This document shows positions 23,901 through 36,400 of a stretch of 64,000 bases of DNA, piece by piece. The position numbers and the translations under genes were made by a program. Origin of the DNA: the human T2T-CHM13v2.0 reference genome, Homo sapiens. Below the pieces are notes generated by a model. That model searched no databases. It had not been told where the DNA came from and saw only the letters and a program-made list of their open reading frames with translations. Location of the stretch: the NCBI RefSeq assembly GCF_009914755.1, contig NC_060925.1; one strand, 5' to 3'. The first letter of the stretch is position 1; each line of letters opens with the position of its first letter.

Positions 23901-26900
23901 TGTGTGCGTTCAACTCTCAGAGTTTAACTTTTCTTTTCATTCAGCGGTTTGGAAACACTCTGTTTGTAAAGTCTGCATGTGGAAATTTTGACCACTTAGA
24001 GGCCTTCGTTGGAAACGGGTTTTTTTCATGTAAGGCTAGACAGAAGAATTCCCAGTAACTTCCTTGTGTTGTGTGCATTCAACTCACAGAGTTGAACGTT
24101 CCCTTAGACAGAGCAGATTTGAAACACTCTATTTGTGCAATTTGCAAGTGTAGATTTCAAGCGCTTTAAGGTCAACGGCAGAAAAGGAAATATCTTCGTT
24201 TCAAAACTAGACAGAATCATTCCCACAAACTGCGTTGTGATGTGTTCGTTCAACTCACAGAGTTTAACCTTTCTGTTCATAGAGCAGTTAGGAAACACTC
24301 TGTTTGTAAAGTCTGTAAGTGGATATTCTGACATCTTGTGGCCTTCGTTGGAAACGGGATTTCTTCATATTCTGCTAGACAGAAGAATTCTCAGTAACTT
24401 CCTTGTGTTGTGTGTATTCAACTCACAGAGTTGAACGATCCTTTACACAGAGCAGACTTGAAACACTCTTTTTGTGGAATTTGCAATTGGAGATTTCAGC
24501 CGCTTTGAGGTCAATAGTAGAAAAGGAAATATCTTCGTAGAAAAACTAGACAGAATGATTCTCAGAAACTCCTTTGTGATGTGTGTGTTCACCTCACAGA
24601 GTTTAACCTTTCTTTTCATAGAGCAGTTAGTAAACACTCTGTTTATAAAGTCTGCAAGTGGATATTCAGACCCCTTTGAGGCCTTCGTTGGAAACGGGAT
24701 TTCTTCATATTATGCTAGACAGAAGAATTCTCAGTAACTTCCTTGTGTTGTGTGTATTCAACTGACAGAGTTGAACTTTCATTTGGAGAGAGCAGATTTG
24801 AAACACTGTTTTTGTGGAATTTGCAAGTGGAGATTTCAAGCGCTTTGGGGCCAAAGGCAGAAAAGGAAATATCTTCGTATAAAAACTAGACAGAATCATT
24901 CTCAGAAACTGCTGCGTGATGTGTGCGTTCAACTTTCAGAGTTTAACTTTTCTTTTCATTCAGCGGTTTGGAAACACTGTGTTTGTAAAGTCTGCACGTG
25001 GATATTTTGACCACTTAGAGGCCTTCGTTGGAAACGGGTTTTTTTCATGTAAGGCCAGACAGAAGAATTCCCAGTAACTTCCTTGTGTTGTGTGCATTCA
25101 ACTCACAGAGTTGAACGTTCCCTTAGACAGAGCAGATTTGAAACACTCTATTTGTGCAATTTGCAAGTGTAGATTTCAAGCGCTTTATGGTCAACGGCAG
25201 AAAAGGAAATATCTTCGTTTCAAAACTAGACAGAATCATTCCCACAAACTGCGTTGTGATGTGTTCGTTCAACTCACAGAGTTTAACCTTTCTGTTCATA
25301 GAGCAGTTAGGAAACACTCTGTTTGTAAAGTCTGTAAGTGGATATTCTGACATCTTGTGGCCTTCGTTGGAAACGGGATTTCTTCATATTCTGCTAGACA
25401 GAAGAATTCTCAGTAACTTCCTTGTGTTGTGTGTATTCAACTCACAGAGTTGAACGATCCTTTACACAGAGCAGACTTGAAACACTCTTTTTGTGGAATT
25501 TGCAAGTGGAGATTTCAGCCGCTTTGAGGTCAATGGTAGAATAGGAAATATCTTCCTATAGAAACTAGACAGAATGATTCTCAGAAACTCCTTTGTGATG
25601 TGTGCGTTCAACTCACAGAGTTTAACCTTTCTTTTCATAGAGCAGTTAGGAAACACTCTGTTTGTAAAGTCTGCAAGTGGATATTCAGACCTCTTTGAGG
25701 CCTTCGTTGGAAACGGGATTTCTTCATATTCTGCTAGACAGAAGAATTCTCAGTAACTTCCTTGTGTTGTGTGTATGCAACTCACAGAGTTGAACGATCC
25801 TTTACACAGAGCAGACTTGAAACACTCTTTTTGTGGAATTTGCAATTGGAGATTTCAGCCGCTTTGAGGTCAATGGTAGAAAAGGAAACTATCTTCATAT
25901 AAAGACTAGACAGAATGATTCTCAGAAAATCTTTTGTGATGTGTGCGTTCAACTCACAGAGTTTAACTTTTCTTCTCATAGAGCAGTTAGGAAACACTCT
26001 GTTTGTAAAGTCTGCAAGTGGATATTCAGACCTCTTTGAGGCCTTCGTTGGAAACGGGATTTCTTCATATTATGCTAGACAGAATAATTCTCAGTAACTT
26101 CCTTGTGTTGTGTGTATTCAACTCACAGAGTTGAACGATCCTTTACACAGAGCAGACTAGAAACACTCTTTTTGTGGAATTTGCAAGTGGAGATTTCAGC
26201 CGCTTTGAGGTCAATAGTAGAAAAGGAAATATCTTCGTAGAAAAACTAGACAGAATCATTCTCAGAAACTCCTTTGTGATGTGTGTGTTCAACTCACAGA
26301 GTTTAACCTTTCTTTTCATAGAGCAGTTAGTAAACACTCTGTTTATAAAGTCTGCAAGTGGATATTCAGACCCCTTTGAGGCCTTCGTTGGAAACGGGAT
26401 TTCTTCATATTATGCTAGACAGAAGAATTCTCAGTAACTTCCTTGTGTTGTGTGTATTCAGCTGACAGAGTTGAACTTTCATTTAGAGAGAGCAGATTTG
26501 AAACACTGTTTTTGTGGAATTTGCAATTGGAGATTTCAAGCGCTTTGGGGCCAAAGGCAGAAAAGGAAATATCTTCGTATAAAAACTAGACAGAATCATT
26601 CTCAGAAACTGCTGCGTGATGTGTGCGTTCAACTCTCAGAGTTTAACTTTTCTTTTCATTCAGCGGTTTGGAAACACTCTGTTTGTAAAGTCTGCAAGTG
26701 GATATTTTGACCACTTAGAGGCCTTCGTTGGAAACGGGTTTTTTTCATGTAAGGCTAGACAGAAGAATTCCCAGTAACTTCCTTGTGTTGTGTGCATTCA
26801 ACTCACAGAGTTGAACGTTCCCTTAGACAGAGCAGATTTGAAACACTCTATTTGTGCAATTTGCAAGTGTAGATATCAAGCGCTTTAAGGTCAATGGCAG

Positions 26901-29900
26901 AAAAGGAAATGTCTTAGTTTCAAAACTAGACAGAATCATTCCCACAAACTGCGTTGTGATGTGTTCGTTCAACTCACAGAGTTTAACCTTTCTGTTCATA
27001 GAGCAGTTAGGAAACACTCTGTTTGTAAAGTCTGCAAGTGGATATTCAGACCTCCTTGAGGCCTTCGTTGGAAACGGGATTTCTTCATATTCTGCTAGAC
27101 AGAATAATTCTCAGTAGCTTCATTGTGTTGTGTGTATTCAACTCACAGAGTTGAACGATCCTTTACACAGAGCAGACTTGAAACACTCTTTTTGTGGAAT
27201 TTGCAAGTGGAGATTTCAGCCGCTTTGAGGTCAATGGTAGAATAGGAAATATCTTCCTATAGAAACTAGAAAGAATGATTCTCAGAAACTCCTTTGTGAT
27301 GTGTGCGTTCAACTCACAGAGTTTAACCTTTCTTTTCATAGAGCAGTTAGGAAACACTCTGTTTGTAAAGTCTGCAAGTGGATATTCAGACCCCTTTGAG
27401 GCCTTCGTTGGAAACGGGATTTCTTCATATTATGCTAGACAGAAGAATTCTCACTAACTTCCTTGTGTTGTGTGTATTCAACTGACAGAGTTGAACTTTC
27501 ATTTAGAGAGAGCAGATTTGAAACACTGTTTTTGTGGAATTTGCAAGTGGAGATTTCAAGCGCTTTGGGGCCAAAGGCAGAAAAGGAAATATCTTCGTAT
27601 AAAAACTAGACAGAATCATTCTCAGAAACTGCTGCGTGATGTGTGCGATCAACTCTCAGAGTTTAACTTTTCTTTTCATTCAGCGGTTTGGAAACACTCT
27701 GTTTGTAAAGTCTGCACGTGGAAATTTTGACCACTTAGAGACCTTCGTTGGAAACGGGATTTTTTCATGTAAGGCTAGACAGAAGAATTCCCAGTAACTT
27801 CCTTGTGTTGTGTGCATTCAACTCACAGAGTTGAACGTTCCCTTAGACCGAGCAGATTTGAAACACTCTATTTGTGCAATTTGCAAGTGTAGTTTTCAAG
27901 CTCTTTAAGGTCAACGGCAGAAAAGGAAATATATTCGTTTCAAAACTAGACAGAATCATTCCCACAAACTGCGTTGTGATGTGTTCGTTCAACTCACAGA
28001 GTTTAACCTTTCTGTTCATAGAGCAGTTAGGAAACACTCTGTGTGTAAAGTCTGCAAGTGGATATTCAGACCTCTTTGAGGCCTTCGTTGGAAACGGGAT
28101 TTCTTCATATTCTGCTAGACAGAAGAATTCTCAGTAACTTCCTTGTGTTGTGTGTATTCAACTCACAGAGTTGAACGATCCTTTACACAGAGCAGACTTG
28201 AAACACTCTTTTTGTGGAATTTGCAAGTGGAGATTTCAGCCGCTTTGAGGTCAATGGTAGAATAGGAAATATCTTCCTATAGAAACTAGACAGAATGATT
28301 CTCAGAAACTCCTTTGTGATGTGTGCGTTCAACTCACAGAGTTTAACCTTTCTTTTCATAGAGCAGTTAGGAAACACTCTGTTTGTAAAGTCTGCAAGTG
28401 GATATTCAGACCTCTTTGAGGCCTTCGTTGGAAACGGGATTTCTTCATATTCTGCTAGACAGAAGAATTCTCAGTAACTTCCTTGTGTTGTGTGTATGCA
28501 ACTCACAGAGTTGAACGATCCTTTACACAGAGCAGACTTGAAACACTCTTTTTGTGGAATTTGCAATTGGAGATTTCAGCCGCTTTGAGGTCAATGGTAG
28601 AAAAGGAAACTATCTTCATATAAAGACTAGACAGAATGATTCTCAGAAAATCTTTTGTGATGTGTGCGTTCAACTCACAGAGTTTAACTTTTCTTCTCAT
28701 AGAGCAGTTAGGAAACACTCTGTTTGTAAAGTCTGCAAGTGGATATTCAGACCTCGTTGAGGCCTTCGTTGGAAACGGGATTTCTTCATATTATGCTAGA
28801 CAGAATAATTCTCAGTAACTTCCTTGTGTTGTGTGTATTCAACTCACAGAGTTGAAGGATCCTTTACAGAGAGCAGGCTTGAAACACTCTTTTTGTCGAA
28901 TTTGCAAGTGGAGATTTCAGCCGCTTTGAGGTCAATGGTAGAATAGGAAATATCTTCTTATAGAAACTAGACAGAATGATTCTCATAAACTCCTTTGTGA
29001 TGTGTGCGTTCAACTCACAGAGTTTAACCTTTCTTTTCATAGAGCAGTTAGGAAACACTCTGTTTGTAAAGTCTGCAAGTGGATATTCAGACCTCTTTGA
29101 GGCCTTCGTTGGAAACGGGATTTCTTCATATTCTGCTAGACAGAAGAATTCTCAGTAACTTCCTTGTGTTGTGTGTATTCAACTCACAGAGTTGAACGAT
29201 CCTTTACACAGAGCAGACTTGAAACACTCTATTTGTAGAATTTGCAAGTGGAGATTTCAGCCGCTTTGAGGTCAATAGTAGAAAAGGAAATATCTTCGTA
29301 GAAAAATAGACAGAATGATTCTCAGAAACTCCTTTGTGATGTGTGTGTTCAACTCACAGAGTTTAACCTTTCTTTTCATAGAGCAGTTAGTAAACACTCT
29401 GTTTATAAAGTCTGCAAGTGGATATTCAGACCCCTTTGAGGCCTTCGTTGGAAACGGGATTTCTTCATATTATGCTAGACAGAAGAATTCTCAGTAACTT
29501 CCTTGTGTTGTGTGTATTCAACTGACAGAGTTGAACTTTCATTTAGAGAGAGCAGATTTGAAACACTGTTTTTGTGGAATTTGCAAGTGGAGATTTCAAG
29601 CGCTTTGGGGCCAAAGGCAGAAAAGGAAATATCTTCGTATAAAAACTAGACAGAATCATTCTCAGAAACTGCTGCGTGATGTGTGCGTTCAACTCTCAGA
29701 GTTTAACTTTTCTTTTCATTCAGCGGTTTGGAAACACTCTGTTTGTAAAGTCTGCACGTGGAAATTTTGACCACTTAGAGGCCTTCGTTGGAAACGGGTT
29801 TTTTTCATGTAAGGCTAGACAGAAGAATTCCCAGTAACTTCCTTGTGTTGTGTGCATTCAACTCACAGAGTTGAACGTTCCCTTAGACAGAGCAGATTTG

Positions 29901-30464
29901 AAACACTCTATTTGTGCAATTTGCAAGTGTAGATTTCAAGCGCTTTAAGGTCAATGGCAGAAAAGGAAATATCTTCGTTTCAAAACTAGACAGAATCATT
30001 CCCACAAACTGCGTTGTGATGTGTTCGTTCAACTCACAGAGTTTAACCTTTCTGTTCATAGAGCAGTTAGGAAACACTCTGTTTGTAAAGTCTGTAAGTG
30101 GATATTCTGACATCTTGTGGCCTTCGTTGGAAACGGGATTTCTTCATATTCTGCTAGACAGAAGAATTCTCAGTAACTTCCTTGTGTTGTGTGTATTCAA
30201 CTCACAGAGTTGAACGATCCTTTACACAGAGCAGACTTGAAACACTCTTTTTGTGGAATTTGCAAGTGGAGATTTCAGCCGCTTTGAGGTCAATGGTAGA
30301 AAAGGAAACTATCTTCATATAAAGACTAGACAGAATGATTCTCAGAAAATCTTTTGTGATGTGTGCGTTCAACTCACAGAGTTTAACTTTTCTTCTCATA
30401 GAGCAGTTAGGAAACACTCTGTTTGTAAAGTGTGCAAGTGGATATTCAGACCTCTTTGAGGCTT

Positions 30465-33400
30465 TCGTTGGAAACGGGATTTCTTCATATTATGCTAGAC
30501 AGAATAATTCTCAGTAACTTCCTTGTGTTGTGTGTATTCAACTCACAGAGTTGAAGGATCCTTTACAGAGAGCAGGCTTGAAACACTCTTTTTGTCGAAT
30601 TTGCAAGTGGAGATTTCAGCCGCTTTGAGGTCAATGGTAGAATAGGAAATATCTTCTTATACAAACTAGACAGAATGATTCTCATGAACTCCTTTGTGAT
30701 GTGTGCGTTCAACTCACAGAGTTTACCCTTTCTGTTCATAGAGCAGTTAGGAAACACTCTGTTTGTAAAGTCTGCAAGTGGATATTCAGACCTCCTTGAG
30801 GCCTTCTTTGGAAACGGGATTTCTTCATATTCTGCTAGACAGAAGAATTCTCAGTAACTTCCTTGTGTTGTGTGTATTTAACTCACAGAGTTGAATGATC
30901 CTTTACACAGAGCAGACTTGAAACACTCTTTTTGTGGAAATTGCAAGTGGAGATTTCAGCCTCTTTGAGGTCAATGGTAGAAAAGTAAATATCTTCGTAT
31001 AAAGACTAGACAGAATGATTCTCAGAAACTCCTTTGTGATGTGTGCGTTCAACTCACAGATTTTAACCTTTCTGTTCATAGAGCAGTTAGGAAACACTCT
31101 GTTTGTAAAGTCTGCAAGTGGATATTCAGACCTCCTTGAGGCCTTCGTTGGAAACGGGATTTCTTCATATTCTGCTAGACAGAAGAATTCTCAGTAACTT
31201 CCTTGTGTTGTGTGTATTCAACTCACAGAGTTGAACGATCCTTTACACAGAGCAGACTTGAAACACTCTTTTTGTGGAATTTGCAAGTGGAGATTTCAGC
31301 CGCTTTGAGGTCAATGGTAGAAAAGGAAATATCTTCGTATAAAGACTAGACAGAATGATTCTCAGAAACTCCTTTGTGATGTGTGCGTTCAACTCACAGA
31401 GTTTAACTTTTCTTTTCATAGAGCCGTTAGGAAACACTCTGTTTGTAAAGTCTGCAAGTGGATATTCGGACCTCTTTGAGGCCTTCGTTGGAAACGGGAT
31501 TTCTTCATATTATGCTAGACAGAAGAATTCTCAGTAACTTCCTTGTGTTGTGTGTATTCAACTCACAGAATTGAACGATCCTTTACACAGAGCAGACTTG
31601 AAACATTCTTTTTGTGGAATTTGCAAGTGGAGATTTCAGCCGCTTTGAGGTCAATCGTAGAATAGGAAATATCTTCCTATAGAAACTAGACAGAACGATT
31701 CTCAGAAACTCCTTTGTGATGTGTGCGTACAACTCACAGAGTTTAACCTTTCTTTTCATAGAGCAGTTAGGAAACACTCTGTTTGTAAAGTCTGCAAGTG
31801 GATATTCAGACCTCTTTGAGGCCTTCGTTGGAAACGGGATTTCTTCATATTCTGCTAGACAGAAGAATTCTCAGTAACTTCCTTGTGTTGTGTGTATTCA
31901 ACTCACAGAGTTGTACGATCCTTTACACAGAGCAGACTTGAAACACTCTTTTTGTGGAATTTGCAAGTGGAGATTTCAGCCGCTTTGAGGTCAATAGTAG
32001 AAAAGGAAATATCTTCGTAGAAAAACTAGACAGAATGATTCTCAGAAACTCCTTTGTGATGTGTGCGTTCAACTCACAGAGTTTAACCTTTCTTTTCATA
32101 GAGCAGTTAGGAAACACTCTGTTTGTAAAGTCTGCAAGTGGATATTCAGACCTCTTTGAGGCCTTCGTTGGAAACGGGATTTCTTCATATTCTGCTAGAC
32201 AGAATAATTCTCAGTAACTTCCTTGTGTTGTGTGTATTCAACTCACAGAGTTGAAAGATCCTTTACAGAGAGCAGGCTTGAAACACTCTTTTTGTCGAAT
32301 TTGCAAGTGGAGATTTCAGCCGCTTTGAGGTCAATGGTAGAATAGGAAATATCTTCTTATAGAAACTAGACAGAATGATTCTCATAAACTCCTTTGTGAT
32401 GTGTGCGTTCAACTCACAGAGTTTAACCTTTCTTTTCATAGAGCAGTTAGGAAACACTCTGTTTGTAAAGTCTGCAAGTGGATATTCAGACCTCCTTGAG
32501 GCCTTCGTTGGAAACGGGATTTCTTCATATTCTGCTAGACAGAAGAATTCTCAGTAACTTCCTTGTGTTGTGTTTATTCAACTCACAGAGTTGAATGATC
32601 CTTTACACAGAGCAGACTTGAAACACTCTTTTTGTGGAATTTGCAAGTGGAGATTTCAGCCGCTTTGAGGTCAATGGTAGAAAAGTAAATATCTTCGTAT
32701 AAAGACTAGACAGAATGATTCTCAGAAACTCCTTTGTGATGTGTGCGTTCAACTCACAGAGTTTAACCTTTCTGTTCATAGAGCAGTTAGGAAACACTCT
32801 GTTTGTAAAGTCTGCAAGTGGATATTCAGACCTCCTTGAGGCCTTCGTTGGAAACGGGATTTCTTCATATTCTGCTAGACAGAAGAATTCTCAGTAACTT
32901 CCTTGTGTTGTGTGTATTCAACTCACAGAGTTGAACGATCCTTTACACAGAGCAGACTTGAAACACTCTTTTTGTGGAATTTGCAAGTGGAGATTTCAGC
33001 CGCTTTCAGGTCAATAGTAGAAAAGGAAATATCTTCGTAGAAAAACTAGACAGAATGATTCTCAGAAACTCCTTTGTGATGTGTGTGTTCAACTCACAGA
33101 GTTTAACCTTTCTTTTCATAGAGCAGTTAGTAAACACTCTGTTTATAAAGTCTGCAAGTGGATACTCAGACCCCTTTGAGGCCTTCGTTGGAAACGGGAT
33201 TTCTTCATATTATGCTAGACAGAAGAATTCTCAGTAACTTCCTTGTGTTGTGTGTATTCAACTGACAGAGTTGAACTTTCATTTAGAGAGAGCAGATTTG
33301 AAACACTGTTTTTGTGGAATTTGCAAGTGGAGATTTCAAGCGCTTTGGGGCCAAAGGCACAAAAGGAAATATCTTCGTATAAAAACTAGACAGAATCATT

Positions 33401-36400
33401 CTCAGAAACTGCTGCGTGATGTGTGCGTTCAACTCTCAGAGTTTAACTTTTCTTTTCATTCAGCGGTTTGGAAACACTCTGTTTGTAAAGTCTGCACGTG
33501 GAAATTTTGACCACTTAGAGGCCTTCGTTGGAAACGGGTTTTTTTCATGTAAGGCTAGACAGAAGAATTCCCAGTAACTTCCTTGTGTTGTGTGCATTCA
33601 ACTCACAGAGTTGAACGTTCCCTTAGACAGAGCAGATTTGAAACACTCTATTTGTGCAATTTGCAAGTGTAGATTTCAAGCGCTTTAAGGTCAATGGCAG
33701 AAAAGGAAATATCTTCGTTTCAAAACTAGACAGAATCATTCCCACAAACTGCGTTGTGATGTGTTCGTTCAACTCACAGAGTTTAACCTTTCTGTTCATA
33801 GAGCAGTTAGGAAACACTCTGTTTGTAAAGTCTGTAAGTGGATATTCTGACATCTTGTGGCCTTCGTTGGAAACGGGATTTCTTCATATTCTGCTAGACA
33901 GAAGAATTCTCAGTAACTTCCTTGTGTTGTGTGTATTCAACTCACAGAGTTGAACGATCCTTTACACAGAGCAGACTTGAAACACTCTTTTTGTGGAATT
34001 TGCAAGTGGAGATTTCAGCCGCTTTGAGGTCAATGGTAGAAAACGAAACTATCTTCATATAAAGACTAGACAGAATGATTATAAGAAAATCTTTTGTGAT
34101 GTGTGCGTTCAACTCACAGAGTTTAACTTTTCTTCTCATAGAGCAGTTAGGAAACACTCTGTTTGTAAAGTGTGCAAGTGGATATTCAGACCTCTTTGAG
34201 GCCTTCGTTGGAAAAGGGATTTCTTCATATTATGCTAGACAGAATAATTCTCAGTAACTTCCTTGTGTTGTGTGTATTCAACTCACAGAGTTGAAGGATC
34301 CTTTACAGAGAGCAGGCTTGAAACACTCTTTTTGTCGAATTTGCAAGTGGAGATTTCAGCCGCTTTGAGGTCAATGGTAGAATAGGAAATATCTTCTTAT
34401 AGAAACTAGACAGAATGATTCTCATAAACTCCTTTGTGATGTGTGCGTTCAACTCACAGAGTTTAACCTTTCTTTTCATAGAGCAGTTAGGAAACACTCT
34501 GTTTGTAAAGTCTGCAAGTGGATATTCAGACCTACTTGAGGCCTTCGTTGGAAACGGGATTTCTTCATATTCTGCTAGACAGAAGAATTCTCAGTAACTT
34601 CCTTGTGTTGTGTTTATTCAACTCACAGAGTTGAATGATCCTTTACACAGAGCAGACTTGAAACTCTCTTTTTGTGGAATTTGCAAGTGGAGATTTCAGC
34701 CGCTTTGAGGTCAATGGTAGAAAAGTAAATATCTTCGTATAAAGACTAGACAGAATGATTCTCAGAAACTCCTTTGTGATGTGTGCGTTCAACTCACAGA
34801 GTTTAACCTTTCTGTTCATAGAGCAGTTAGGAAACACTCTGTTTGTAAAGTCTGCAAGTGGATATTCAGACCTCCTTGAGGCCTTCGTTGGAAACGGGAT
34901 TTCTTCATATTCTGCTAGACAGAAGAATTCTCAGTAACTTCCTTCTGTTGTGTGTATTCAACTCACAGAGTTGAACGATCCTTTACACAGAGCAGACTTG
35001 AAACACTCTTTTTGTGGAATTTGCAAGTGGAGATTTCAGCCGCTTTGAGGTCAATGGTAGAAAAGGAAATATCTTCGTATAAAGACTAGACAGAATGATT
35101 CTCAGAAACTCCTTTGTGATGTGTGCGTTCAACTCACAGAGTTTAACTTTTCTTTTCATAGAGCCGTTAGGAAACACTCTGTTTGTAAAGTCTGCAAGTG
35201 GATATTCAGACCTCTTTGAGGCCTTCGTTGGAAACGGGATTTCTTCATATTATGCTAGACAGAAGAATTCTCAGTAACTTCCTTGTGTTGTGTGTATTGA
35301 ACTCACAGAGTTGAACGATCCTTTACACAGAGCAGACTTGAAACATTCTTTTTGTGGAATTTGCAAGTGGAGATTTCAGCCGCTTTGAGGTCAATGGTAG
35401 AATAGGAAATATCTTCCTATAGAAACTAGACAGAACGATTCTCAGAAACTCCTTTGTGATGTGTGCGTTCAACTCACAGAGTTTAACCTTTCTTTTCATA
35501 GAGCAGTTAGGAAACACTCTGTTTGTAAAGTCTGCAAGTGGATATTCAGACCTCTTTGAGGCCTTCGTTGGAAACGGGATTTCTTCATATTCTGCTAGAC
35601 AGAAGAATTCTCAGTAACTTCCTTGTGTTGTGTGTATTCAACTCACAGAGTTGCACGATCCTTTACACAGAGCAGACTTGAAACACTCTTTTTGTGGAAT
35701 TTGCAAGTGGAGATTTCAGCCGCTTTGAGGTCAATAGTAGAAAAGGAAATATCTTCGTAGAAAAACTACACAGAATGATTCTCAGAAACTCCTTTGTGAT
35801 GTGTGTGTTCAACTCACAGAGTTTAACCTTTCTTTTCATAGAACAGTTAGTAAACACTCTGTTTATAAAGTCTGCAAGTGGATATTCAGACCCATTTGAG
35901 GCCTTCGTTGGAAACGGGATTTCTTCATATTATGCTAGACAGAAGAATTCTCAGTAACTTCCTTGTGTTGTGTGTATTCAACTGACAGAGTTGAACTTTC
36001 ATTTAGAGAGAGCAGATTTGAAACACTGTTTTTGTGGAATTTGCAAGTGGAGATTTCAAGCGCTTTGGGGCCAAAGGCAGAAAAGGAAATATCTTCGTAT
36101 AAAAACTAGACAGAATCATTCTCAGAAACTGCTGCGTGATGTGTGCGTTCAACTCTCAGAGTTTAACTTTTCTTTTCATTCAGCGGTTTGGAAACACTCT
36201 GTTTGTAAAGTCTGCATGTGGAAATTTTGACCACTTAGAGGCCTTCGTTGGAAACGGGTTTTTTTCATGTAAGGCTAGACAGAAGAATTCCCAGTAACTT
36301 CCTTGTGTTGTGTGCATTCAACTCACAGAGTTGAACGTTCCCTTAGACAGAGCAGATTTGAAACACTCTATTTGTGCAATTTGCAAGTGTAGATTTCAAG

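Larger units (their letters stand above)
17115..24784 (+). repeat. Tandem duplication with period 3,739 bp (22 monomers = 16-mer plus 6-mer)
   Basis: Rare variants recur at +3739: GGCACAAAAGG, CAATTCTCAG, AAACGAAAC, TTCTAAG, GGAAAAGGGA, TTGAACTCATAG, CAATATTAG, CCCATTTG, GCATGTGG, TTCACCTC. The flanking mismatches are at 17114/20853 and 21046/24785. Confidence 0.9.
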
